This document shows, piece by piece, positions 1 through 10,800 of a stretch of 27,366 nucleotides of DNA. Source of the DNA: a virus (Duplodnaviria; Caudoviricetes); IMG/VR virus record IMGVR_UViG_3300038315_000197, positions 1-27,366 of that record; one strand, 5' to 3'. The notes under the pieces are model-generated. The model did not search any database. It was not told the DNA's origin and saw nothing but the letters and a program-made list of their open reading frames with translations. Every line of letters starts with the position of its first letter. Within the stretch, counting starts at the first letter, position 1. Made by a program: the position numbers and the translations under genes.

Positions 1-1
1 C

Positions 2-229
2 AAAATTACATTTTTTGATAAGATTGCCCGAACTGTTGAAGAGTATGTGGCGAAAGGCCAAGAGTTATACATTGAAGGACGAATCAAATATAACAAGTGG
101 ACCGACAAAGAAGGTATAGAAAAATGGTCAACCGAGATCATCGCTCAACACATGCAAATGGGCGCCCATGCAGGGAAAGCCCAACCAGTTTCTTCCACTG
201 GCGACGAGGATGAGTCGCCTCCATTCTAA
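2..229 (+). CDS. ssb: Single-stranded DNA-binding protein, C-terminal part (5' end outside the window)
   Basis: Frame is open from base 2: KITFFDKIARTVEEYVAKGQELYIEGRIKYNKWTDKEGIEKWSTEII, the OB-fold SSB signature, followed by the acidic tail DEDESPPF. Confidence 0.95.
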   Translation, partial: KITFFDKIARTVEEYVAKGQELYIEGRIKYNKWTDKEGIEKWSTEIIAQHMQMGAHAGKAQPVSSTGDEDESPPF

Positions 230-518
230 GGGGGGAGGGGGGCTTCGGCCCCCCGATCTTTCTTGGCAAAAGGACGGGGAGCAGGTCTTCCGGATATACC
301 ATCTGGCAAGATACTTGTGGCCTATACGTCTGGAGTACACGCCAAAAGGAGGTATCCAATGGGAAGAGTGGTTCAAGAATCACACAGCCATGACACTAGA
401 CGAATTCGTTAAGTGGTCTAATGAGCAGGGATTAAGAGAGAAGTTTAGAAACGTGAAACACGCGAAGCACAGAATAGTGGTTACCCAAAAAGAAGAATTA
501 ATAGGAAGGAAAAGATGA
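210..518 (+). CDS. Hypothetical phage protein (start uncertain)
   Basis: ORF fills the gap between ssb and the RNR gene. Its TGA overlaps the RNR ATG (ATGA at 515-518). ATG 210 is the nearest plausible start; the track starts it at 168. Confidence 0.6.
   Translation: MSRLHSKGGGGLRPPDLSWQKDGEQVFRIYHLARYLWPIRLEYTPKGGIQWEEWFKNHTAMTLDEFVKWSNEQGLREKFRNVKHAKHRIVVTQKEELIGRKR
237..254 (+). terminator. GC-rich hairpin with C(UUCG)G tetraloop after ssb (terminator/attenuator-like)
   Basis: GGGGGGC-TTCG-GCCCCCC starts 8 nt after the ssb stop and is followed by a weak T tract (GATCTTTCTT). Confidence 0.55.
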
Positions 519-2383
519 TTTCTGAATACCAAAAATTTATTCACAAGAGCCGATATGCAAGATACCTAGATTCAGAAGGGCGCAGAGAGACATGGGAAGA
601 AACCGTGAATCGCTACTGCGACTACATGGGAGACATAAGTGGTAACTTCCCATCGTACCTCCGGCAGGCTATCCTTGATATGGAAGTCATGCCGTCCATG
701 AGAGCCTTAATGACTGCTGACCCTGAGACCGGCAGCGGGGCATTGAGCAGAGACAACATGGCGGGGTACAACTGTGCTTACCTTGCAATAGATCATATAA
801 GGGCATTCGATGAATCCCTGTACGTCCTATTATGCGGAACCGGAATAGGGTTCAGCGTGGAACGACAATGCATCAGCAAATTACCAGAGATTGCTGAAGA
901 GTTTCATGACACCGATACCACTATCGTAGTCTCAGACAGCAAAATAGGATGGGCAAAGGCTGTCAAAGAATTAGTTAGCCTCCTGTACCAAGGAATGATT
1001 CCCAAGTGGGACTTGTCCAGAATAAGACCGGCAGGGGCTAGACTCAAAACCTTTGGCGGGAGAGCGTCCGGACCTGACCCTCTGGAAAGGCTCTTCAATC
1101 ATTATGTTTCCACCTTTAGAGGTGCGGCAGGCAGAAAACTTAACAGCATAGAGTGCCATGATCTGATGTGCTGGAACGGCGAGAGCGTGGTAGTAGGGGG
1201 AGTACGCAGGTCAGCAGAAATCAGCCTGAGCAACCTTACAGACGAGCGTATGAGACATGCCAAGTCAGGACAGTGGCACCTTGAAAACAAACAAAGATCA
1301 ATGGCTAATAATAGTGTCTGCTATACAGAGAAGCCTGATATAGGAATCTTTATGCGTGAGTGGCTTGCGCTCTACGAGTCACGCAGCGGAGAGAGGGGCA
1401 TCTTCAATCGAGAGGCTGTTAAGAAGTTAATGCCAGAGAGAAGAGATCATGACTACGAGTTCGGAACTAATCCATGTTGTGAAATAAATTTACGGAGCGC
1501 TGGTTGTTGCAACCTTACAGAATGTGTGGTTAAACCAAATGACACCCCAAAAGACATAGAGCGGAAGGTAGAGTATGCCACTATTCTAGGAACCATACAG
1601 TCCCTACTAACCGATTTTAGATACGTCAGACCCATCTGGAAGAAGAACGCAGAAGAAGAAAGACTGCTAGGTGTTAGCATGACTGGTGTATTCGACTGTC
1701 CTACAGTCCTTAACGCTTCACCTGCACAGTTAGAAAAGTGGAGAGACGTAGCCGTCAAGACAAACGAGAAGTGGGCTAAGGAACTAAACATCAATCAGTC
1801 TGCAGCCATTACTTGTATCAAACCGTCAGGCACCGTGTCTCAACTCACTGCGGTTGCGGGGTCAGGCTTACATCCCTCGTACTCACGTTGGTACATTCGA
1901 AGGGTAAGGCAAGACCGCAAAGACCCCCTCAATCAAGCACTCATTGACGCAGGGGTTCCGTTTGTGGATGACCCCTATGTAAATGAGTCTATTGTTTTCT
2001 CTTTTCCTATGAGCGCTCCTTCCAAGTCCATAACTAGGAATGATATCTCCGCAATAGAACACCTTGAAATCTGGAAAAGATTTGCATTGCACTGGTGCGA
2101 ACACAAACCAAGTGTTACAATCTCGGTTGGTGAAGACGAATGGATGGATGTAGGAGCATGGTGCTACAAGAACTTTGACATACTAAGTGGGGTCAGTTTC
2201 ATGCCTAAAGCAGATGATAGCCACTCGTATGAGGTCACCCCTTATGAAGAGATTACTAAAGAAGAGTTCTCCAAGATCAAAAAGGTTTCAAAGATCGACT
2301 GGGATTCCATCGTCGAAAATGAAGACAACACAACCAGTAGTCAGGAACTAGCATGTTCCGGGGATAAGTGTGATATCTTATGA
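515..2383 (+). CDS. nrdJ: Class II adenosylcobalamin-dependent ribonucleotide reductase
   Basis: Motifs RRETWEETVNR, MPSMRAL, YNCAY, GTGIGFSVE, RLKTFGGRASGP, VVVGGVRRSA, TNPCCEI (thiyl Cys), CIKPSGTVSQL, WCEHKPSVT and the C-terminal redox pair ACSGDKC. No beta-subunit gene is adjacent. Confidence 0.95.
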   Translation: MISEYQKFIHKSRYARYLDSEGRRETWEETVNRYCDYMGDISGNFPSYLRQAILDMEVMPSMRALMTADPETGSGALSRDNMAGYNCAYLAIDHIRAFDESLYVLLCGTGIGFSVERQCISKLPEIAEEFHDTDTTIVVSDSKIGWAKAVKELVSLLYQGMIPKWDLSRIRPAGARLKTFGGRASGPDPLERLFNHYVSTFRGAAGRKLNSIECHDLMCWNGESVVVGGVRRSAEISLSNLTDERMRHAKSGQWHLENKQRSMANNSVCYTEKPDIGIFMREWLALYESRSGERGIFNREAVKKLMPERRDHDYEFGTNPCCEINLRSAGCCNLTECVVKPNDTPKDIERKVEYATILGTIQSLLTDFRYVRPIWKKNAEEERLLGVSMTGVFDCPTVLNASPAQLEKWRDVAVKTNEKWAKELNINQSAAITCIKPSGTVSQLTAVAGSGLHPSYSRWYIRRVRQDRKDPLNQALIDAGVPFVDDPYVNESIVFSFPMSAPSKSITRNDISAIEHLEIWKRFALHWCEHKPSVTISVGEDEWMDVGAWCYKNFDILSGVSFMPKADDSHSYEVTPYEEITKEEFSKIKKVSKIDWDSIVENEDNTTSSQELACSGDKCDIL

Positions 2384-2652
2384 GTAACCCGTATTGCAGA
2401 TTTAGGCACGGTAAGATGTTACAGACTCGCGGAAAATTCTCTAAAAGAGATGGTGGGCTAAGACAATACTACCACTGCCGAAACTCTTACTGTAGTTACA
2501 CCACGCTTGAGCCTAGAGTTGATGCCAAATTTTTTAAAGAGAGGGGGGATGACTACTATAGCCAACAGGCTCTCTCAGAAAGTAGTGATACCATGCATCT
2601 TGCGTGCTCAAATTATCCCAACTGCGAAACAGAGGGATGCGGAGAACACTAA
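2380..2652 (+). CDS. Small Cys/His-rich hypothetical protein (possible zinc-binding)
   Basis: ATGA overlap with the nrdJ stop. Cys clusters CRFRH, HCRNSYC and CSNYPNCETEGC. Confidence 0.65.
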   Translation: MSNPYCRFRHGKMLQTRGKFSKRDGGLRQYYHCRNSYCSYTTLEPRVDAKFFKERGDDYYSQQALSESSDTMHLACSNYPNCETEGCGEH

Positions 2653-2684
2653 TTCTTAGGAATGGCACAAACGAATGGAGGTGG

Positions 2685-2831
2685 ATGGACGAAGTGCTCT
2701 TCGCAGATACGCCAGAGGGAAAGAGAGCAAAGTGGGAATACATCAAGAGCCTGCCGGAGATGGAGGAGGTGGTGCTTGAGACTGTAAAACACTTTGGCAA
2801 ACTTAAGGACATAAAGGTTTATAGAAAATGA
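2685..2831 (+). CDS. Hypothetical protein, 48 aa (MDEVLFADTPEGKRAKWEY...)
   Basis: GGAGGT lies just upstream of ATG 2685, and the stop overlaps the next ATG (ATGA 2828-2831). The track's longer start (2604) overlaps the preceding gene. Confidence 0.55.
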   Translation: MDEVLFADTPEGKRAKWEYIKSLPEMEEVVLETVKHFGKLKDIKVYRK

Positions 2832-3325
2832 ATTCTCTAAGTCTATTCTCAGGTGCAGGAGGCGGCCTCTTAGCCGAAAAGTATCTACTGAACTGGAGGT
2901 CTATAGGGTATGTCGAAAACAACGTCTACTGTCAAAAAGTCATCGCTCAAAGGATCGAAGAAGGCTTCCTTGAGCTCGCCCCCTTATGGGGAGACATTGA
3001 TGAGTTCATTGAGTCCGGTGCGGTTGACCAATACAAAGGGCTTACGGATGTGGCCGACTCCGACAGCGCGGGACCACAAGGATTCGGGCGACAACCTGAA
3101 TCTGTACCGTCACGACCGGCAGTCAGCCCAGCTGGGGATAGTTGCCAAGAGGACCGACCCGACTGGTGGGAGCTTGAACCCGATGTGGGTCGAGTGGCTC
3201 ATGGGGTGGCCTCTAGAGTGGACAGGCTTAAAGCCATTGGAAACGGACAAGTTCCACTTGTGGCTGCAACAGCATGGAAATTACTAAGTGGACAAGGAAC
3301 GCAGCGAATAACCCTTCTATTATGA
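2828..3325 (+). CDS. C5-cytosine DNA methyltransferase-like protein lacking catalytic motifs IV-VIII (internal deletion; possibly a pseudogene)
   Basis: Motif I SLFSGAGG, motif II YVE, motif III GDI and motif X RLKAIGNGQVP are present. There is no PC (GFPCQ) or ENV motif, and the protein is only 165 aa. Confidence 0.85.
   Translation: MNSLSLFSGAGGGLLAEKYLLNWRSIGYVENNVYCQKVIAQRIEEGFLELAPLWGDIDEFIESGAVDQYKGLTDVADSDSAGPQGFGRQPESVPSRPAVSPAGDSCQEDRPDWWELEPDVGRVAHGVASRVDRLKAIGNGQVPLVAATAWKLLSGQGTQRITLLL
3048..3287 (+). CDS. Alternative-frame methyltransferase partner polypeptide carrying a motif IX-like segment
   Basis: MWPTPTARDHKD...LNPMWVEWLMGWPLEWT is nested in the +1 frame of the MTase ORF, with AAGGG upstream of ATG 3048. 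The frame is open back to ATG 2910. Confidence 0.75.
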   Translation: MWPTPTARDHKDSGDNLNLYRHDRQSAQLGIVAKRTDPTGGSLNPMWVEWLMGWPLEWTGLKPLETDKFHLWLQQHGNY

Positions 3326-3717
3326 GAACACAGTACGAGTCAGCGCAAGACAGAAGCGTGGAGCGTCATCTAATTAATGAATTTGTTTCCACTGAAGCAA
3401 AAAAATTACCCGTCTCTTACGGATTCGATTTTCTGGTAAAGAACGGAAGAGTATCGTCAGTATGGGAAGTTAAAAGAAGAAGCAAAGCATACAAAACTTG
3501 GTTTGTTTCTTTGCTCAAATTATTAAAAGCTAACCAATATGAGAGCCTAGGTATAGAGGCTTATGCCTTGGTAGAAATTGAAAAGGTAGCGTATAAGGTG
3601 CGCTTAACTGAAACTCCGCATTACATTGACTGGGGTGGAAGAAAAGATAGAAATGATTCTGCAGATCAAGAGCCTATGGTACACTATAGATTATCAGACA
3701 TGAAAAAATTACCATGA
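3322..3717 (+). CDS. PD-(D/E)XK nuclease-like phage protein
   Basis: YGFDF...WEVKRR pattern (D...ExK) and a C-terminal GGRKDRNDSADQEP. ATG 3322 overlaps the MTase TGA. Confidence 0.6.
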   Translation: MRTQYESAQDRSVERHLINEFVSTEAKKLPVSYGFDFLVKNGRVSSVWEVKRRSKAYKTWFVSLLKLLKANQYESLGIEAYALVEIEKVAYKVRLTETPHYIDWGGRKDRNDSADQEPMVHYRLSDMKKLP

Positions 3718-3851
3718 TTCCAGAAGAAAGTAGGTGGGTATGTAATGACTGCGGTCATGTATTCTATGAGGCAGATCCAAACATGTGTGATGAATGTGGA
3801 AGTACAGACATAGACGAGGTAGAAGACGATGAAACTTATGATAATACCTGA
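3714..3851 (+). CDS. 45-aa rubredoxin-like/zinc-ribbon protein (not in the ORF track)
   Basis: Hand translation: MIPEESRWVCNDCGHVFYEADPNMCDECGSTDIDEVEDDETYDNT, with two CxxCG knuckles. ATGA-coupled to the upstream gene. Confidence 0.8.
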   Translation: MIPEESRWVCNDCGHVFYEADPNMCDECGSTDIDEVEDDETYDNT

Positions 3852-4611
3852 TCCACATGCACATACGGATTATAACAATGAAAGGTTCAGGGCGGTGGGT
3901 CGGCTACTCATGGAAGAGCAACCTGAGTGTGTAGTTTGTTTAGGGGATTTGGCTGACCTGCCGTCTCTGTCCTCTTACGATAGGGGAACCAAGGGGTTCG
4001 AGGGGAGAAGATATAAAAATGACGTTGCAGCGGCAATCGACGCACAGGAACTCCTGTTCGAGGAAATGAATCGCTACAACGCCAGAAAAAGAAGGAACGG
4101 CAAGAAGCAGTATAGGCCACGCCTAGTAATGTGCATAGGCAATCATGAAGATAGAATCACCAGAGCCATCAATTCACAGGCTGAATTGGATGGAACTATA
4201 GGAATCAAAGATCTCCAGTACGAGGGGTTTGGTTGGGAAATTGTCCCCTTCAAGTCGTGCATTAAGATAGAAGGAATAACCTTCTCGCATTATTTTACTA
4301 CTGGGATCTCTGGAAGACCAATCTCTAGTGTCCACATCGGGCATACACTAATTACTAAACTTCACTGCTCCGCCGTTCAAGGTCATTCACATCTGTATAA
4401 CCATGCAGAGCATACGCGCCCTGATGGTCAAAAAATCTTTGGGTTAGCTGCAGGTTGTTTCTCTCATCCAGAATACTCTGAAACATGGTGCAAGGATACC
4501 GAGCATCAATGGTGGAGAGGAATTGTTTTCTTGCAAGAGCTAGATGGGGAAGGATACTACGATGGAGTGAGCACCGTTACCCTAAGAAAGATTATGAGGG
4601 ATTATTCATAA
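3829..4611 (+). CDS. Calcineurin-like metallophosphoesterase
   Basis: Ordered motifs DPH, GDLAD, GNHE, H and GHSH. GAGGT lies upstream. Confidence 0.9.
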   Translation: MKLMIIPDPHAHTDYNNERFRAVGRLLMEEQPECVVCLGDLADLPSLSSYDRGTKGFEGRRYKNDVAAAIDAQELLFEEMNRYNARKRRNGKKQYRPRLVMCIGNHEDRITRAINSQAELDGTIGIKDLQYEGFGWEIVPFKSCIKIEGITFSHYFTTGISGRPISSVHIGHTLITKLHCSAVQGHSHLYNHAEHTRPDGQKIFGLAAGCFSHPEYSETWCKDTEHQWWRGIVFLQELDGEGYYDGVSTVTLRKIMRDYS

Positions 4612-4864
4612 TTTTTTTAATGCAACCGGATGGGAAAGCTGTAATGCAAGACCACTCTCCCTTCTCGTCAACAGTGGTAGCAATCTTTACTATGTCTTCA
4701 TCTTTATGAATCAGATAACCTGTTGTCCAGAACGTGGGTGGGTTTACTTCAGAAGGCTTTTCCCACCCTGAAGTGCCTAAGATATCCCGCCACTCTATCT
4801 TTACTAACTTTGGGTGTCGAGTTTTCTTGTTCTCAAACTTCAGAACCTTTGCTGCGTTTGCCAT
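4592..4864 (-). CDS. Hypothetical phage protein, 90 aa
   Basis: LVKIEWRDI...TGYLI..D...VKIA...FPSGCIKKI resembles a common small phage family. It starts immediately after the giant gene's stop. Confidence 0.75.
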   Translation of the reverse strand: MANAAKVLKFENKKTRHPKLVKIEWRDILGTSGWEKPSEVNPPTFWTTGYLIHKDEDIVKIATTVDEKGEWSCITAFPSGCIKKIMNNPS

Positions 4865-7800
4865 CTAGATACGCCCTTCGAAAAACTTTATAAATTTAAC
4901 CCTGCCAAGTCTGATTTGCTCTCTTAACTGACGAGTCTTTTCTTCTTTGGCCTTATTGCTCATCAACCTGCTTCTATCTATCCCGGCAATCCTCTTATAT
5001 AAGTCAGCTTCTCGGGCCTCTTTGCGCCTCCAAGTCTTCTGAAGTTTTGCTAACTCAAAGTCTTCGCTCTTAGCATATCCTATGTACTCTTCTGAGGAAA
5101 CACCATATTTAGTTTTGATGGAATCTCTTATGTCAACAGCAGTATCAATAGCCCTGCCGTATTCCATATCCTTTGTTCGGATATCCCACCTTCTAGTAAC
5201 AGTCTCGTCATGGAAGTAGCGATAAAGAACTGGAATCTTTCTCCAATCTATATCTCCAGTTTCCCAATGGGTCATTTTCCCCGGGCCAACTAATGCAACG
5301 CCAGTATCTAAAGTCCCCCTTACAAACCTACCCAATCCACCTGTGGCAAATTCCCAAAGATGCTCGAGAATATCAGGTTCAACACTGACCATTCCTTCCT
5401 TGAATTCTGTACCACCTGTCATTTTGTTTACCCACTTCGAGATCCATTTAGCCGTTGGGCCAGTAGAATTCCAATATCTCTCGGAGGGTGGATCAACACG
5501 CCCATTGGGGTAAGGTTCTCTGTAGATAGGATTACCCATCCAGTTTTCATTCAACCCTAGTTCTATTAAAGGTGAAGCAAGAGTTGGCGTGGCTGTCTTT
5601 AGAGTTGACTTAATGAAAGAGTCACTGTTCCCTAAAGAAATTGGCATGTAGGATTCCATAGTGGATGAGACCATATGCCCTGCAACCTGCGGGAACGTAG
5701 CACCACCTAACAGCATGGTCGCAAACGCATCCCCATATACATAGAAGACTCCGAATCCATACGGAAGAGGAACCTTTTGGAAGTAGTCAAGGCCCGGTAC
5801 ATAGACATACATGTATCGGCTCTTCTGGTTCAATCTTATTTGTAACCATCTATTTCTTCCATCTTCGTCATCACCAGCCGCAAAGTAATTGAGCATACTC
5901 TGGGTAAATCCCATGAGGAAAACACCCTTCATTAGATTTCGAACCCTTCTAGATCTTCCAAGGGTAGAGATAACTCTTGCACTACCTAACACTCCAGCCC
6001 GGAAGAAAAGATAGAGCGAGTTCCAAGCCATAGTTTTTTCACCACGCTTAGAAAAGTCAACGGTTAGTTCTCGATAAACCCTACCTGCTCTGGTCGTGGC
6101 TTCTGATTCTGACATACCATTTTTTATATACTGTTCACGTACTTGCTTAAATGCAGCCAGACGAGTAGCGTTTTCCACAATACTATTCATGTCACTAACG
6201 TAGGTGCCTAGCGCATCGGCATACTTCCTGAAGCCATCTCTTGTACCATCACTAAGAACTTTCTGCATGGTTTTCTCGAAGTCTTGCACGTTCTTCCAAC
6301 CTGCAAAATCTATTCGTCCACCTACAGATGCAGCCAATTCCGCCAACCTTGCAAATTCTGTGCTAGTCCTTTCCTCTTGTGTCTCTCCCCTAATGTTAAG
6401 CCAAAGACCTTTCATGGCCTTGGGGATATCTTTAACTATCTGCTTAGAAGACATATCTGAGAGATCCAACCTTGTTCCTTTCGTTGTTTCTCTAAATCCT
6501 TCAATGTTAAATATTGCTGTAGCAAGGTCTCGAGTAAAGTTAGTTGGAATAAATGCAAGATCCCATGCAGTACGCAACGCTCCCATTATCCGAGTGGTGT
6601 AAGCCAGACCTCTCATCGTCTGACCAGCAGTATCGAAAGCGCTTCTATTTAATGCCTGACCTATCTGCTTCTCCTTCATGAGGATCATCCATTCCTCACC
6701 ATTCTCCTTGAAGGTTGCTACATGATCTGGATCTTGGAAATACTTAGGATACAAACCAAGGAAAGGTTCTCCTGTCTCGGGATCAATCCCTTTTCCTTCC
6801 TTAAAATCGTCTCGTTTTACTACAACCATCTCATCTACAAATGCTCTTTGTTTCGCACCTGTTATAGGATCAACAACATACTGAAGTTCATGAACCAACC
6901 TAGCCATCGTAGCAACAACCTGATTCTTATTTGCTCTCTTAATTGTGTTTTGTGCCTGAAGTACACTCCAAGCAATTACATTCTGCGCTGGTGACTTACG
7001 TCCAACTGCCCTCTTGGATTCCGGACCCGCTACATTTAGTTCCGCAACACTTAATGGTTCGCCAAACAGTTCATCTATGAATCCAATAGCTTCTCCACGT
7101 AATGGAACATATGTCTTTGAGAAGTTAGGATCTTTAGTCCACTTGTTAATGGTCGCCTGATCTATAAGACCCCACTCCAACATGTGAGACAGTCTAAAGT
7201 TATTGATGGCATACACATAAGTTGCAGCCTTTGCAAAATTCTCCATTTGTTGTGCGACAGTTGGTCCACCCTTGTCTTCTATTATTTGAAGGCGAGCCTC
7301 CAACTCTTTCCACTTCTCGCTGATAAGGGGGATCTCCTCATTTCTTGTTCCATCAGGATTCAACGGTACGTCATCTACAAGAACCCCATTTATCATTCTT
7401 CCTGCTAGACCAGACTGGTACTTTCCTTTCTTCGGGCTTCTCTTAAAGAACGTAGCGTTTCTATACGGTGCATGAGTCAAATACAAATACCAATGGAAGT
7501 CCTCGATCTTAGCCCTACCTTTAACCCCGACGCTTTTCAGAAAATCCCACATGGGCTTAATGTAGTTCTTCTGAAGTTGATCTATATCATAAACATTTTT
7601 CATTCGAAGAGCAGCAGCACGCTCACTCGGGTTTGCTTTAATTGAAATTTTAACCCCGAATCTTTCCTCGAGGACGTTTACCAGCTTATGAATAGGGGTA
7701 TCAACATCAATAATCCACTTCTCCATTGTTGGTCCAATACCAAAACCAACTCTTCCTTTTCCCGGTACCCAGACTGTAAATTTTTTACCCTTCCTTATTT

Positions 7801-10800
7801 CTCTGGTATTTGGGTACCAATCAACTTTTAATATATTACCAAGTCCACTTGTCCCAAGTGCCTCCCGCATCCAATCTGGAAAAAACTTGGACCCAGTAAC
7901 AGCTTCCACCACAGGGTCAGTATCTATTGCCCTATGCCAATCAGATTCACTAGCCATGTAGAGGGGTTGGTTCAACCAGTTGGCAACATATACACTGTCC
8001 TTAGAATTCTCGGCGTGCTTGGTGTGCATCCTGACGGCGGTCTTTGCTAGGGCAATTAAATCTGTAGCCGTAACTAGGTTGGGCATCACCATCAACTTGA
8101 GTCTGGCAAACCCTGCAACTATGTGGTCTAGTAGTGTTCTCCAGAACGATGTATTCTCTGGAGTGTTATGTTCAACATAGTATCCAAAGGTCTCTTCTAG
8201 GACTAGCGCTTCTGATGCATCTGGAGTTGTCTTCTTGAGTGCTTTTCTAGCCTCATCCATCGCGTGCTTCATGGCTGGATCTGTTGCTGACATCTTACCT
8301 ACGATATCTAGAAGCTGCCCATAAGCCTTCTTCCCAATGATGGCTTGCATTCCATGAGCACCAATCTCGTGAGTTACTACAGGAACAACGTACTGTCTTG
8401 GAAGATTATCAGAAACTAGCCATACTTCATTATTATGTGATACCCCCCTGATTCTGGCTGCTCTGTGAAATTTTACTGGAAGTTCCTGCTGGTACCTGAC
8501 GATATGAAGGATGTTCCTTATACCTTCCCCGAAGGCTTCAACAAGGATGCCAGATAGTTCATCAGGAGTTATCCCGCGCTTCTTCACTTGGTCTCTATCC
8601 AGAATAACAATAGAGCCATCCTCAGAGACTATGGAATCTGCCTCTACAGAGAAATTGATCTCATCCTTCTTAACAGAAGAGTAGGCTATTGTGGTGGCAT
8701 CATTATACTCTTTAGCAACAGTATTTTTTAGATCTTCAAATAACTCCCTAAGATTTTTATATCCATGATCAGCCATCTCCCTTCTAAGGGCGACGGGAAT
8801 AAAAACTTCACCATACTTATTTCTTTTTCCTAGGTTAGGATACTTCTCCATCAATTGAGACCATGCTTCAAGTTCTGCTATGAGCGGTCCAAACATTTGT
8901 CTATTACGTTTGAGAGCCTCTTGCAACTTATCAAACGGAAGGTCAGCATGAGTATCTGTTATAACCTGCTGCCCATACGGAGCTAGTTCTGGTAATTTTC
9001 TTGTCCCACGCATCCCTTCAGGAGTGGGAATTCCATCGGCTTCTCTTTTCTTCTGTAGCTGTGCGACATGCCAATTACCGGGGTTCATTCCCTCGTAGAA
9101 TTTCTTATTGCCATATGCCTTCATGGCTTCTTCTAGAGTTAAGCGCTCCGAATGCATCTCGAGTTGATCGACACCCCACGGGTTGTATATCTGATACACA
9201 GGAATCCTGTTAACTTCTGTACCATCAGAGGTATAGGACTTACCCGGGTCATCTATGTAAATTTCATTGATGACTACCCCATATGCATTTGTCCATCTGG
9301 CGGTTGGTGCTGATTGATATTGACCAGCCCTTCTTTCTCCACCTACCAAGTCACCTTTAGGAACCCTTCTGTCGGCATCTGTAACTTTAAACTTTTCTTC
9401 CTCTACAAACATCCAAGGTGATTCATCTAACGTAGCTTGAAAATCTGCTTGACCCCTTATAAGGGCTGCCCCCATAGGCTGTTCAGCATTTCTTGCATCA
9501 ATCTCTGCCTCTACTGCGTCTATTGAAGCCTGAGAATTTAAACTTTTTCCAGCCAAAAGATTTGCACTAACCTTTAAAACATCTTGGCCCAATGCAACAT
9601 CATGTAGGGTTATATATCTGGTTCCAACGCCTGAAATTCTAAAAGTCTTAGGGCTAACCTTTTGATCAATAAATTTGTAATCAGGAACAAGAAGCAATAC
9701 ATCCGCATCCTTCTTTAAAGTCCACTGAGGAATTCCACGTGCAAGACTTCTCTTGAAAGCCCTCACTTGTAACTTCACTGCATTCCCAAGACCAACCTCC
9801 TTAATAGAAACAGTTTTTAAAAGAGGTCTTTGCGTCCCAAACTTCTTTTCTAACCATTCAATCTTTGCTTCTGTAGATGGCCCTGTTAATATTTCAGCAC
9901 GGGGAGGTCTCTGCCTCGCAATCTCAACTTGAGATGGATTAAATACGGCCACCTCTCCACGGGTGAACCACCCATAATCTACATCCTCTACTTCCCCCTT
10001 CCTCTTTATAGTTCTTTTTCTTAACTTTCCTGTTTTCGTAAAGTCCTCTTCTGGAACAACCACATCAATATCAGGAAGAAGTCTTCTGGTGACGCCAAGT
10101 TCACTCTCTAATCTGACTCTCCCTGTAGCACTTACCTCGCTGACAGTGTATACTTTATTGTAATGGGTTTCCCCCTTGATGACTTTATATACCTTAGTCC
10201 CAACAAAAATCTCCTCAGTACCCGCAGCAGTACCCGGAATATATACATCATCTTCGGTATACTTAGGCTCACTAATGCGAGCCAAGAAATCACCCGCAGA
10301 TTCATCTCTCTGTATAGAATTTTTCCTGATGTGTTCGTATATCTTTTCGACAGGAGGAATGACTCGATCACTTTTAGGATTAAAAGTTTCGGCGGATCTA
10401 GGAGACATATAAACTATATTGTCTTTATCAAATCTATATTTGCGGCCACCTGATGTAACAACCTCTATCATTTCTGGAGAAGTTTTATAATAAGTTCTGA
10501 AAGCAAATAATCCTTTCTGTATTTCCCCTCTCTCCTCTCGAGTTAATGTTTTTTTACTACCGAGATCTCTGTCCCAACCAAACCCTTCATACGGGAGGTC
10601 TTTATCTCTCGGGCCAATCTCTGCTCTAAAAGCCTTCCCTTCTTCAATACGAGCGCTCCTTTTCCCCTTCTTTACTTCTGGAAGTCTAGCCGTGTCTAAG
10701 AGTTCTACTTTCTGAAGACCGTTTTTATTGGCTGCTTCTATCTGCTTCGCTGACATATCATTCACTGCAGAGTACTGAGCAGGAACCCAATTAATTATCT

